A stretch of DNA of 64,000 nucleotides from Felis catus (lineage: Eukaryota). The notes under the pieces are model-generated. The model worked only from the letters and a program-made list of their open reading frames with translations. It had not been told where the DNA came from and ran no database searches. The stretch lies in contig NC_058383.1 in the NCBI RefSeq assembly GCF_018350175.1, positions 19,718,001 to 19,782,000 of the forward strand, given 5' to 3'. Below, in pieces: positions 49,615 to 62,615 of this stretch (positions are counted from its first letter, which is position 1; the number at the start of each line of letters is the position of its first letter). Made by a program: the position numbers and the translations under genes.

Positions 49615-50560
49615 ATACTAATAGGCAATCTACGGAATGGGAGATGATATTTGCAAATGGCATATCCAATAAAGGCTTAGTATCTAAAATACATAAAGAA
49701 CCGATGCAACTCAACACTCAAAAAGCAAATAAACCCAGTTAAGAAATGGGCAGAAGACATCAACAGACATTTCTCCAAAGAAGACATCCAGATGGCCAAA
49801 GACACGTGAACAGATGTTCAATGTCAATCATCATTAGAAAACGCCAATCAAAACCATAACGAGATGCCGCCTCCCACCTGTCAGAATGGCGAAATCAAAA
49901 ACACAAGAAACAACTGATGCTGGTGAGGGTCTGGAGAAACAGGAAGCCTTGCGAACTGTTGGTGGGAATGCAAACTCGTGCTCTGGAAAACAGTATGGAG
50001 GTTCCTCAAAAAGTTAAAAGCAGAACTACCCTATGATCCCGTAATTGCACCACTGGGTATTTACCCCAAAATACAAAGAAACACTAATTCAAAGGGATAC
50101 ATGCACCCCTATGTTTATAACAACATTATCTACAATAGCCAAATTAAGGAAAGATTCCAGGTGTCCATCGACTGATGAATGGACACGGAAGATGCTGTAT
50201 ATACATATTCAATGAATGTTACTCAGCCGTAGAAATTGAAATCTTGCCATTTGCAACAACATGGATGGAACTAGAGAGTATTATGCTAAGCGAAATCAGT
50301 CAGAGAAAGACAAACACCATAGGATTTCACTCATGTGGAATTTAAGAAACAAAGCAAATGAGCAAAGGAAAAATGAGACACAGAGGGAGACAAACCAAGA
50401 AACAGACTCTCAAATAGAACAAACTGATGGTTACCAGAGGGGAAGGGTGTGGAGGGATGGGGGGAACAGGAGATGGGGACTAAGGAGTACACTTACCATG
50501 ATGAAAATAAAATATTAAAAGATTAAAAAAAATCAGAAAGCGATAAAAATAATAAAAATA
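49615..50560 (+). mobile_element. Carnivore L1 3' portion
   Basis: ORF2 C-terminal [30 protein letters not shown], 3' UTR and A-rich tail. Confidence 0.92.
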
Positions 50561-51324
50561 TACATAAAGTCACTTTCTATAAAGAGAGAGACCATGCAGA
50601 CATCTCCCTTACAGGTTCCCACGGCTTTCCACACGTGTCCTTTGTGACACACGTCTCACGTGAATGACCCTACAACGGTCTTCTCTGCCAAGGGTAAAAC
50701 TCTTGTGAGGGCAGGGCCCCCGTCTGTCTGGGGTCACCCCGACATTCAGGGCCTGGTACGATACCAGTCTCACCGTGGGCACGGGATAAACGTGTATTCA
50801 GACAGGAACGTATGTTATCCTTAACTGGAATGCCTCCAACATCCCTCCTCTCTGGCAAACTCCTATCCGACCTTCGAGGCCCACCTTAAATGATCCCCTC
50901 TGGGAAGCCTGCCAACACTCTGATGGCTTATGTGTCTGTCTCTCCAGGACTAGCTGGCAAGCTTCTCCGGGGCAAGAACGTGCCTCATTTCTCTCCATTT
51001 CCCTAAAGTCCGGCTCCCGGTGGGCACTCAACTAAAGCTGTTGAAGGAGTGGGGTCTTAACTTCTCGGGAAGAACCCTGGGAGTACAGAAAACCTACACA
51101 GAAAGGAAAAACATCCTAGTTGGTGCTCTTCTATGCGGACGGCAGGCCGGTCCTAATGCGTAAGCACTGATAGGTGAATAGGTTCTCACAGGTTTGTAAT
51201 TGCTCACCTCCGCCTGTGCCACTGCGCTCCGGGTATACTAACAGCTGTTCCATCCGCCGTCTATCTCACGATGCTAAGAAACAGGGACCACCATGCTTTT
51301 TGCAGAGACTGCTCTACGCTAGGT

Positions 51325-51492
51325 AGGGGCCAGCAGGCTTTTTCCGTAAAGGCCAGATGTTACACGTTTTAGGCCTGGCAGGCCACGCGGTCACCGCTGT
51401 CGCTGCTCGGCCACTGCAGCGTGAAAGCAGCCTTTTGCAGGATGTGAACGAATGGGCACGGCCGCGTTCCAGTAAAACTTTACGAAAACAAA
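51325..51492. mobile_element. MER58A-like hAT MITE
   Basis: tttttccgtaaaggccagat...ttttaggc...gaatgggcacggccgcgttccagtaaaacttta. Confidence 0.75.
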
Positions 51493-52479
51493 GCCTTGCT
51501 TTAAGCTCACCAAAATCCTTTTCACCCTCTTCCCGGGCACACAGACTACATTTCCAGGTCATCCCTGCCACGCGACGTGGCCACGACTGCCAGCTCATGT
51601 GAACGCAAGTGATGCAGCCACTCCCGGGCCTGGCCCGCATACACCCCCTACGGGATTCTCCACGCCTTCCCTACCCGCTGGCTGCAAGTGAAGGACTCTG
51701 AGGCCCTAGAGGATGACACAGCCACAGCGGCCACAGGACTGGGCACATACGCCCATGCTGGAATGCCTCATGAGCCAAAAAGAACTTGCATTGTGTTGAG
51801 CCGCTAAACTGCTGATGATGCGTGTCCCAACGGGTAGCTGCCCTGACACAGAAACTTCTATTGCTGAGGAAACAGAGAGGGCAGAGTATTCAGTTTTGTG
51901 GCTCAGAATCCCTTCCTCTTTCTTAACAACACTCCTCCGTTTCCTTCTGAGGAGTTTCATCTCCCCCGCGGAGGTCGGTCAGGTGGGATGTTGCCGGGCC
52001 GTGGGTGTGTGCGCAAAGCCAGGCGACTGGTTCTAAGCTGCCTCCCTTGAATGTGAACTTTGAGCAGATCGACTGGACTGGAGGTGGCTGGTGCTTCACG
52101 GTCTCCTACTGGCCATTTCTGGGCCAGCCTGGTCTAGGGGCCTCACAGTTATCGTCCCGGATTCCTGGGTTATGGAGCCCCTTTCGTTCTTACTCTTTTC
52201 AAAGGGCCATTCTCCAGCTTTCCATTCCTTCTGTGGCCCCAGTGGCTCTCCAAAAAACATCTTCCTTCTGTCAGCCAGGGTTGGCTTCTTTGGTCAGGGA
52301 CCCTACTTGACCCACAGGAATCACTGATATCCCCCACCCCTGGGGGATGGTGAAAGGCAAGGAGGAAGACTGATAAAGCCTTATCAGATGCCTCACTTCC
52401 TATAAAGGGAAGAAAGCCACCGTTCCCCAGTGATCCCTGCCTCCTGTGACTAACACCCTTATCTAACTCCTTCCTCTGG

Positions 52480-53440
52480 AGCATGGGCAGGACCTGTAAT
52501 TCGAATGGCCTTTGCAGATGCCGTTAAGAATAAGGACCCTGAGATGGAAAGATTATCCTGCATTGTGTGGGTGGGTCCAACTTTATAGAGGAGTCCTTGA
52601 AATAATCTTTCCTGGCTAAAGTCAGAGTCAGAGGGAGAGGTGATAACAGAAGGGCCAGAGAGATGCAGTTTTGCTGGCTTTGAAGATGGAGGGAGGGGGT
52701 CACAAACCAAGGAATGTGGGTGGCCTCCAGAAGCAGGAAAAGGCCAGGAAATGGATTCTCCCCTGGAGCTTCCAGAAAGGAATGCGGCCCTGCCAAGACC
52801 TTGATTTTAGCCGTCAGCCCCACGTTGAAGGCCTGGTCTTACGAAAATGTAAGATAATGAATTTGTACTGTTTTAAGCCACCAAGTTTGCAGTAATTTGT
52901 TACAGCAGCAACAGAAAACCGTTATGACTTGCTTCTAGCCAACAAGTGTGTAAGTTTGATACGTGTGGCTTTTTTTTTTTTTTTTTTTTTTTTGCCTAAG
53001 ATGGCAAAGGTGATGGATGGGATGCCCCTTGATTGGGTTACATGAGGTTTAACTTCCACTGCCAGCCGACTCTCCCTACTGCCTTCCTGGCTCGTGTGCA
53101 CTGATGAGCACGTGGCCAGTTGGGAGAGGTCCACATGGCGAACAGATGATGGCAGCTTAGAGCCAACAGCAAGCTGGGAACTGAGGCCCTCCGTCCAACA
53201 GCCTCCAAGAACTGAATTGTTCCAACAACCACAGGGGTTTAGATCCTTGTCCAGTTGAACCTCTGGACAAGAACTTCGTCCTGATGGACACCATACCTCG
53301 AGCCTCGTGAGATCCTGACACAGAGAACCCCACTAAGCCACACCACAGACTCTTGACCCAAAGAATCTAAGATAATAAATATGTGTGGCTTTAGGCAACT
53401 AAGCGTAAACTAATTGTCATACGGCACTAGATAACTAATA
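52480..53440 (+). mobile_element. Two MaLR (MLT1-type) solo LTRs
   Basis: gagatggaaagattatcctg...ttttaagccaccaagtttgcagtaatttgttacagcagcaacagaaaac; the second ends gcactagataactaata. Confidence 0.8.
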
Positions 53441-55638
53441 AACACCCCTATTCACATTTCCCTGACACCCTGGGACTCAACAAGAACTCACACAAAAGAA
53501 CGGGAGAAGAAAGCAGTTTCTTTTAGCACCAACGTGCATGAAGAAGTCAGCAGTAGACAGGGAAGGGAAGACACAGGAAGGCTAGAGGTATGGTCCCTGC
53601 AGGTAGGCTGGACAGCCCCATCCCTACCTCTGGGCCCCATTTTAACTCATTTCTCGCCAACTCGTGACTAACACCACCCACAACACTGACAGTAACACAT
53701 CGTTACCTCTTTAAACTTCACAATCCGATGAAGCCGAAAATATACAAAGTGTTTACTCTAAGCCAAGGATGCCCTAAGCACTTTTTAATTCTCACAGAAA
53801 CTCGAAGAAAGTATCATCGTCCCCATTTCACAGATAAGGAAGCTAAAGTGGTTAAGTGACTTGCCCCACGCATTGGGCTAGGAAGAGGGGACACGAGAGA
53901 TTTAAAACTCAGGCAGTCTGGCCCCCAGACTTCCGTGATCTCGTGGGTGAAGGAACCCAGCCACATCTCCGGCCAGCACAGGATGAAGTTGGGAATCTGG
54001 GCTGTTTAACCCTCAACAAAACCCTGTAATGAAGGAATTATTATTCCCACTCAACAGATGAGAAAATCCCATCACTTCGTAGAAGCAAAACGGATGGTCT
54101 TCCTTGCGTGTCATTATTTTTGAAGAACCTCTTCCTGAGCCTAAAGCAACAGCAATAAGGTACCACTGCCCATTTCACGGTTCTCCCACCCTTCCCCTCC
54201 CTCTAATCTTATTTGTCCCTCACAACACTGTCAAGTGGCTAGGGACGTATATGATCATTTTCCCTACACCCCCACCTTCTTTTGCTGATGAAGAAACTAA
54301 AGTCCAGGGGAAAAATGAAGTGACTTTCTTATGTGCCGTGTCGATGCTCCGTGGTTTCTGTACGTTATAATCTTACAATATAATCACTTACAATCTCGTG
54401 ATGTGAGGTTTTACAGAGACGAATGAAGTTAAGATCTGGGAGAGTAAGCAACTTGTCCAAAACTACACAGTAAGTGGTGGCGTCTACCCAGAACACTTTT
54501 CAGCTTCAGGGGTGAGGATTACATCAGCTTTTGGATCTTTGTATCCTAGCTTGGTCCTCAGTGCACAAGGGATAGCCTTCCAGCCGGCCCAGTGAAGGAC
54601 GGCACCGAGAGCCTCGAGTGGCACGGCCCTCGCCTACCAGGACGATTTCTATCTCTAGCCTCCTAGAAGATTCATAAACGTCTTGTGTTGGTCTCAGTAA
54701 CAGCTTTCTTGGGAGAGCTTCACGGCCCAAACTTCCAATGTGGCCTTACCCGCTACCCACACACAAAACCGCACGTGTGCCCGTCAACTGGCCTCCCTGG
54801 GTGGCTTCATGGCTCATCCCCTCAAGAGTGACTCACATGTCTTATAAAGCAGCCTCGAGAAGGCTCGGGGCACCAGAAGACCTCAGAGACCTCATATCCT
54901 GGCTTCTCACAAAGGTCTGCAATAAACCTCCCAGAAGACCACTTATTTGCCGGACTAGAAAAATGGCTTCGAAAGGGGTCCTTATGTACCCGCTTTGTAA
55001 ATCGGTCTTTTAGTGGCCTTAAAAAACGGCTTCCCAGAGAATTTTAAATGGGCTATAAACCAGTTCCCTGGGATGCAGATTACGGACTTTGTAAACTGGC
55101 CTCTCGGGGTGACCTTACAAAACACCCCCTCAGAGAGCTCACAAAGGCCCTTCAAAGTGAGCCTCTACAGGTGGCCTCGTGTGCTGCTTTGCCAACCGGC
55201 TTCCCAAGGTGGCCTCCCTGCACTGCTTTGCAACATGGTCTCCCAAGGCCGTCTTGTTTGGTCTCCACAAGCCTGCCTCCTCAGGGAGCCTATGTGTTAC
55301 TTTGCAAATTGGCCTTGGAGAGGGCCTCATGTAAATGGCCATGTCAAACAGCCCTCTGGGAGAGGGCCTCAGGTTGGCTGTACAAAACAGGTCTCCTCTT
55401 GGCCACATAATATAACCTTAGTAATTAATTTCGAATCCAGAGCTCCTCGGTGAATGGCTTTATCAAACAGTCTTCAGAGATACGTATGTTGACACCGTAT
55501 GACAGAGTCTTCCAGAGGTGGATGCTCCGGGATAGCTCCGAGTTTGTTTTCAAAATGACTTTCCAGACTGGCTCTGTCATAGCCACTTGAATGGCCTCCC
55601 AAAGGGCCTCATGGCTGATCTTGTAACACTAGCCTCCC

Positions 55639-56246
55639 TGGAGTGCCTGGCTGGCTCAGTTGGTGGAGCACACAGCTCTTGATCTTGGGATTGTGAGTCT
55701 GAGCCCCACACTGGCTGTAGAGATTACTTAAAAGTGTTAAAAAAAAATATGGGGTGCCTGGGTGGCTCAGTCGGTTAAGTGTCCGACTTCGGCTCAGGTC
55801 ACGATCTCACAGTCCGTGGGTTCAAGCCCCGCGTCGGGCTCTGGGCTGATGGCTCAGAGCCTGGAGCCTGCTTCCGATTCTGTGTCTCCCTCTCTCTCTG
55901 ACCCTCCCCCGTTCATGCTCTGTCTCTCTCTGTCTCAAAAATAAATAAACTTAGGGGCGCCTGGGTGGCGCAGTCGGTTAAGCGTCTGACTTCAGCCAGG
56001 TCACGATCTCACGGTCCGTGAGTTCGAGCCCCGCATCGGGCTCTGGGCTGATGGCTCAGAGCCTGGAGCCTGTTTCCGATTCTGTGTCTCCCTCTCTCTC
56101 TGCCCCTCGCCCGTTCATGCTGTCTCTCTCTGTCCCAAAAATAAATAAATGTTGAAAAAAAAAATTTTTTTTTAAATAAAAAAAATAAACAAATAAACTT
56201 AAAAAAATTAAAAAAAAAATAAAAGTGTTAAAAAAATAAAAAAAAC
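55639..56246 (+). mobile_element. Three nested Can-SINEs
   Basis: Three concentric TSD pairs: 55627/56247, 55730/56221 and 55943/56191. Confidence 0.92.
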
Positions 56247-57017
56247 CACTAGTCTCCCAGAAGGCCTTGTGTTCGCGGGTGGAAGCAACTTTCCACGGGT
56301 GACGTGGCATACTGGTCATTATTTCTCTGAATAATCCTACAGCCTGATTCTACTGGCTTCATTAGTTAGCCTTTTAAATACTTGCCGAATCAAACAGCCT
56401 TTGGGGGAGGAGCCACATCCTACTACAGGAAACAGTCTTCCAAAGTAGAGCCGTGAACTGTTTCACAAACAGGTTTCTTTACATACTGGGCCTTGTCTGA
56501 GGGCCCAATGAAACCCACACTTTGTGTTAGTTTTACAAACCAACCAATCTCCCGTGGTTTCTTTAGAGCACCAGGAAAGTGTTAGGTTCTACCCATCAAC
56601 CCTCTCGGTTAGCTCCTGTTCCCATGTGAAATGGCCTTACAGAAAAGGGCTTTCACTGGCTGGGTCAAACCCCTTCTTGATGAATGTATGAAACTATGGT
56701 CCAGAGAAGGTGGCCCCATGTGGGCTGTCAGCAGCCCTCACAACAGGCCATCTGATACGGCCCTCCACTGAAGGCAGGTACAGGCCACACGAAACTCCTT
56801 TCCAAATGGCCTCAAGTCCTGGCTTTACAGATCAAACTTCCAGCACCCCCCATGTACTGGTCTGACAAAAAAGGGTTCTTGATAATAGTAAAACAGTCTT
56901 CCAGAGGAAGGTGTCAGTCAGAGTAGTCTTGCTGCCTTGGCCTGGCTTTATTGACTGGCTTCCCAGAGTTCCCCACTAAACTGCCTTTTATAAAAGGTTA
57001 TACGATACAGCCTTCCT

Positions 57018-57240
57018 GGGATGCTGGAGTGGGTCAGTTCACCGAATGGCCAACTTTTGATTTCAGCTCAGGTCATGATCCCAGCATCACAGGATCCAGC
57101 CCCATGTCAGGCTCTACACTGAACATAGAGCCTGCTTGGGATTTTCTCTCTCTCTCTCCCTCTGCCCCTCTCCTCCACTCATGGGTTCTCTCTTTCTAAA
57201 ACAAAACAACAACAACAAAAAAAAACAAAAAACAAAAAAC
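57018..57240 (+). mobile_element. Can-SINE
   Basis: Diverged SINEC; TSD acagccttcc. Confidence 0.88.
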
Positions 57241-58769
57241 ACAGCCTTCCAGAGGAAGGAGTCAAGAATAAACTGTGTGATTCTTTCAGAGTGGCACTGT
57301 AGACTCATCTTCTAATTGGCCCCCCAGAATTCCACATAAAAAGGCATAAGCAGAGGTTGTATAAACTGCCTTCTGCAGTCAGGTACAGGTGGGTTAACTA
57401 CAGAATATATCCTACAAACCAGGATGCTGTATATAGGCCTTTTTTGTTTGGTTGGGTTTTGGCTTGGTGAAGGATACATTTTTCTCTTGTAAAACTTTTT
57501 ATTCTCATCGTTTTCTCCAAAGTTCTTTGTTCTTACATTGTTTGGAACTTTCATTTCTGCAAGCAGAGATTTCACAAGCTGACTACTGGGAGTGCTGTTA
57601 GTTTTCTTTCATATGTACGTAAATTTCAGCATTTCATATTATTTAAATATTTAATATTTAGGACTGGTCAAGTCATAAACTGGGGGTATTCAGGCCAACT
57701 GAGACCGATGGTCACCCTAATTATGGGCCCTATGAAAAAGCCGGAGTGGCTTTATATTGTCACTTTAAAGTCAGTTCCCTAAAACTCGTCAGGTTACCGG
57801 CCTGGAGAGACCTCTTGTTGGTCACAGAAGTCTCTTTTTGAAGGAGGTGAGGGTGGAGGTGTCAGGTACAGAAACAGCCCCAGTGGTCTTGTGCCCTGAC
57901 TTCGTGAACTGGCATTTCAAAGTGCCACGTGTACTGGCTTCGTGACATGGGACAGCTTTCAGGGGAAGGTCAGGTACAGGTTGCACAAAATAGCTTCTCT
58001 CGGTGGACTGTATCTTGGCGTCTCTTACAAAAGGCTTATTTGTTTAGGATAACGATACTCATTTGTTGATGAAACGATACTCTAGGTATGGGGGTCGGAT
58101 AAAGGTTGTCTGAACTAACCTCTCCAAGTGGCTTTTGTCTCCGCTTTATAAATCAACCTGATGCGAGCTTCATAAAAGGTTTCTTGTTGGTTGTATTTAA
58201 CACAAAGGAGCCACGTATCGGCTACATAAAATAGACTGCGTGGCCTAAGGTCCTGACTTCACAAATTCACCATCCAGATGGAGCACGTTATGTAAGCTGG
58301 CCTTTCGTAGTGAACAGCCCAAGTGGGCTCAGCTGGTTACAAAACAATGCCTCCTGGGAAGCCAGGATACTCATCCCAGAATTCTCTTAAATTATCTTTA
58401 AGAACCTAAAGCAATTACAACAGACTTTCAACTGGCTGGGAGAAACGGCTTCTTGGAGAATCTCACCAGGATTCGCAGAGGGTTGGCTTTATTTAAGAGC
58501 CCCCCAGGGTCCCACAAACGTCTCTGGCTGACCCGAAATGGCCATCCTGAGAGCAGTATGCTGGTCATGAGAAGCCTCCCGTGGGTGGCTTCCAAAATAG
58601 GAGCCTCTACCTGGCTTTCTGGGAGCAGGCTGCCCACTTAGTTTTCAAATCTCTTCAATTTTATTGTGGCACTATTCCACGTAAGCTGTGCAAAAAAACA
58701 CAAGAGCTTTCTAGGGAGGTTTATAAAACTTCCCAGAGAGATTTGGAAATATTTCCAGAAAGCTTTGTT

Positions 58770-60070
58770 TAGCGGCGCCATGGGTAACTTTGGCCTTCTA
58801 AGGGCCCCGCTGTCTCGGGTTCGGGCCGTCGGTGGGGCCCTAACACCTGCCTGCCCCCTGACCTTGGGCTTGCTATATGTAACCCTGCTGAGCACGGTGA
58901 CTTACCTTTGCTGGATCCTAACGCGAGGGGCATAACGCGACACCGATGCTCAGAGTTAACTCCTATTACTTACAAATCCCTGTCCTTCAGGTACCCCAAG
59001 CCGACGCTCCACCCGAGGGCTCACACCCCTTCCCCGCCTGGGGCTTCATTTGTCACGGCCCACATTCGGTTTACAGCAACCTAGCTCCAGGCCTGTGACA
59101 AAGGCAGGCTTGGTCCACTACCTGTAGGTACCGTCACCGAGGAAATAAACACTGGCGCAGACGCACTAGAGTTCCGCCAACGCGCCCCCAGGAATCGCGC
59201 AGGCGCACACCGCTGGCCTCACGCATGCGAAATTACTGGTTTAAAGCGAGCACTACGCACGCGTGGGACCTACCTCCTACCCGCGACGTGCAGGAGAGTT
59301 GGCGCTGCGTTCTCAGGGCGCATGCACCGCCTCTTTTTTTTTTTTTTTTCCCCCTCCCCATTCCCGTCCCAATTTCTCTACTTGGGGATTTCCAAGGCGC
59401 ACGCGCGAGGCAGTCTTTCCACCGCCAACGCCCCCAACGCCCCGCCCCGCTGCGCCTTTAACACAGCGCCTGCGCAGTCCTCCCCTCTGCTTCTAAGGAG
59501 GCAGAGCTTCCCTCCCTCTGGAGTTGCTCAAGTTCACCTGTCTCGAGTTTGGGCAGTGTGGAGTGGCGCAGAGGCTGGCGACGACGTGTTCCGTTTGGTC
59601 GGAACACTCTGGCTCTCTCCTCCCAGTAGTCAGGCTTGCCGAAGTATCGATCACTCAGTGCTCGCCTGATCGGGACGGAGTGCCTAGCCGAGCGCCGAGT
59701 GATCGATGCCGTGGCCCCGCCCCGTCGTGTTTACAAGGCCGTAGGGTAGAGGCGACCCGCAAGTGAGGGATCTTTTCCTGGTTTTCGATTCCCACGTCGG
59801 TGACGCCTGCGACTTCCTCAGCAAGGGGTGTGCTAGTCAGCTTCGCATCCACCATTTCGTCGAAACCGTACAACTAAGAGGATTCGTTTTCCTGGTTTAC
59901 AGGGAGGTCAGCCAGTGCCCAGTGAAATAAAGTGGCCGAATCCTTGTACTTTGGGAAAGTCACAGCTCCGAAATTTTTGCATCCACGGCCCGCAGGAGTG
60001 AGGAAATCCTGGGTTTCGGTGGGCAGCCAGAATCCTCACTCCTGCCGCCGCGGCCCCGACCCTGAGTGGT
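58770..60070 (-). promoter_or_regulatory. KDM8: CpG-island promoter and 5' exon region of KDM8
   Basis: CpG-rich, with several NRF1-like GCGCA(T/G)GCG motifs (~59198, 59222, 59318, 59466). Minus-strand donor candidates AAG|GTAAGT (exon end 58906), TTT|GTAAGT (58974) and CAG|GTAGTG (59122). Confidence 0.75.
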
Positions 60071-60220
60071 GTGGGCATCAGTGCGGGTTTTGGCTTGGAG
60101 CACACTGCCCGTGGCTTCCAGGGGTTCAGGCCTTTTGAAGCATTGTACAGAGGTGGTAGAAAGTCCTGCTCACAGTGGGTCTGGAGTCCGAGGAGGAAAG
60201 GGAAGGGAATCATTCCCTGC

Positions 60221-60635
60221 TATCAAAGAAAAAAGTTACTCATGACAGCCGTTAAAGGTGGTAAGGCAGGCTACCTGCCGCTGCGGTGGGGGTCTGTGAT
60301 AGAGGAAAGAGGTACTCCTGGACTCCAAATATGACAAAGGCAAGTGCAGATTCATAGCCAAGGAGCAGGGTCTAGGTCAGTGGATGGGAAATTTTTAAGA
60401 GGAAGCGTCAGGGATAAGGGGAATTCTGCTAAACCGACCACCCAGGATTTTTGCTGACGGCAGGCCAGGGTGATAAGATATTCAAGGGTAGAGGATAAGA
60501 AATCGGGTCAGATACCAAGGGTAGGGGATTTCTGCTTAATTCAACAGGATTCTTGCTAAAACTGGACTCAGCAAGCCAAGGACAGCGCCCAAGGTCAAGG
60601 CTTAGTCAGAAAGAGAACTGAGAAGAGCCTTGTCA
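60221..60635 (-). mobile_element. ERV1 solo LTR (MER31-like)
   Basis: gccaaggagcaggg..gtcagtggatgg..aaatt..taagagga and repeated caggatt(c/t)ttgct(a/g)a motifs; terminal tgtca. Confidence 0.7.
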
Positions 60636-60953
60636 CTGGTCACCAGGGATGTGTCAGGTATTCTCTGGGGCCCCGAGAACTCCTCGATGTTAATTATGTT
60701 AACAGTCCTGTTAGGTGGAGATTATAATGTCTTATAGACAAGGAAACTGAGGGTTGCTCAAGGCCAATTCAGCAGATCAGTGGGTTCTAGGCAGTTGGCT
60801 AACATGGTGGAAAACACACCAAATGAACTCACCTCCTGCCCTCAAGGGCCTTGCAGGGAAGAGAGATTAACAGATATTTATTGAGCATTGACTACACACC
60901 TTGAGCTTTCAAAGCATTTAAAAATATTAAAATCCCAGATTAACTATTATGGT

Positions 60954-62615
60954 TGAAGGAATTTCCCTCACCCTTTTGTGTTCCAGAAAACAGCTTGCTG
61001 CAAAGAACCCCTTTTCCATGTGACTTCCAGAAGCCTTGTGGATGCTGCCCGTGTTTACCTCCGACAAGGCCGGGCACAGACCCTCCAAATTCCCACTCTT
61101 TGCCTCATAGGTGACTAGCTGAACTGCTTGTCCCCAGTAATCAATCAGAGCAAAATGCTTGTCAGCCAAATTTCGTTAAATTCTTCCTCCAGCCCCTGAA
61201 CTTTGGTCCACGCCCAGCCTAAGCCAGCAGACGGTCCTTCTTGCGAAGAGGACAGAATGTTCTCTGATCCCCTGTCCCGTTATGCTACTCTTTGATCCCA
61301 CTTTCTAGTTCTTGTCTGCAGCCTATAAAAGAAAAATCTTTTTGCCCAACCCTGACGATGCTCGCAAACCTTACTGATGAGGGAGCGTGGGCCAAGCCAG
61401 GGGCAAAGTACAGGCTAACAGCACCCCCCTCCACCAGGTGGGATAGGTGTGATATTCCTCCGACACTCCTGCCTGCCCAAGAATAGGGGAAAGGAAAGAA
61501 AGCAAATAGTTAACTGATAGAGATCACAGTCCTTCAGGACAGGAGTCTCCTTCAGTTTACGGATAACTTAGGAAACTGCAAGAAAAAGGCAATCCTTTCC
61601 ATAGCCTAATCTCCAGAAACCTATAGATTCTATTTCCTGGAGCCCGAATATCACCCTCATCAAGATGTAAGGGGGTTTAAGTGCTTGCCATGGTGATATG
61701 GGAAACGAGGCAAATGAAAAATTGAATCCCCTTACTGCCTACAGCCATTAACAAGTCCTTGAAACAGAGTGACCTTCCTCTAGGAGCTCAGCTGCCCTGA
61801 CGATGATGACACTTCGGGAGGGACAAAAGAGAATCTTGGCTTAATATTATCCTGACCACCCCCCCCCCCCACAGGATCCTGTGAGTCTCCTTAACCACAT
61901 AAAAATTTCGGGGTGCCTGGGTGGCTCAGTCAATTAAGCGTCCGACTTTGGTTCAGGTCATGATCTCACAGCTCATGAATTTGAACCTCACGTCGGGCTC
62001 TGTGCTGACAGCTCAGAGCCTGGAGCCTGCTTCGGATTCTGTGTCTCCCTCGCTCTCTGCCCCTCCCCCACTCATACTCTGTCTTTCTCTCTCTCAAAAG
62101 TAAATAAAATATTTTAAAAAATTTTTTTAATTCCTTTGCAACCCTCCTTTATCTCTACCACCGTCCCCCCCCCCCCAAGATATATGTTAACAGTCATATT
62201 CCAGACTTAACGGCCCCTGATACACATCTGAAGGGCCTCATGACTGAGGTTTTACTAAGCAGTAACAAAAGATGTTTTCCGAGCTAGCCCCTCAAGGTCC
62301 TGGAAACCTTGCTTCCAAAATTCCTTAGAGACTTACACTGTCCCTAACCCCCTGCCAACCAGAAGGTGTATATATAATCAGTCACTTTTCACAACCCCAG
62401 TGCAGCTCTTCCTGCCCACGGGTCCTGTCCCCGTGCTCTAATAAAATCACCTTTTTGCACCAAAGACGTCTTCAAGAATTCTTTCTCGGCCGTCAGCTCC
62501 GAACCCCCATCGCCCCCAAACCCCGTCATTACGGTCACAGCTTTCTCTCTAGGACAGTAGACCCCTCCCCATTGCAATCTCCTTGCAAATAAGTCTTCCC
62601 TTACTATTTCCACTT
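60954..62615 (+). mobile_element. Older ERV LTR split by a younger solo LTR (61375-62528) that itself contains a Can-SINE (61909-62125)
   Basis: Inner element TG...CA flanked by 4-bp TSD TTAC (61371-61374, 62529-62532), TATA-like at ~62368 and AATAAA at 62440. Confidence 0.8.

Larger units (their letters stand above)
54690..58800. repeat. Highly degenerate tandem array in KDM8 intron 1
   Basis: Recurrent (T)GGCTT..(T/C)AAAC(A/T)G(C/T)CTTCCAGAG-like motif at ~25-45 bp spacing, interrupted by SINEs. Confidence 0.6.

Noticed and set aside
54690..58800. CRISPR-like or prokaryotic repeat-spacer array
   Set aside because: Mammalian intronic context, no identical repeats, no constant spacer length and no cas genes.
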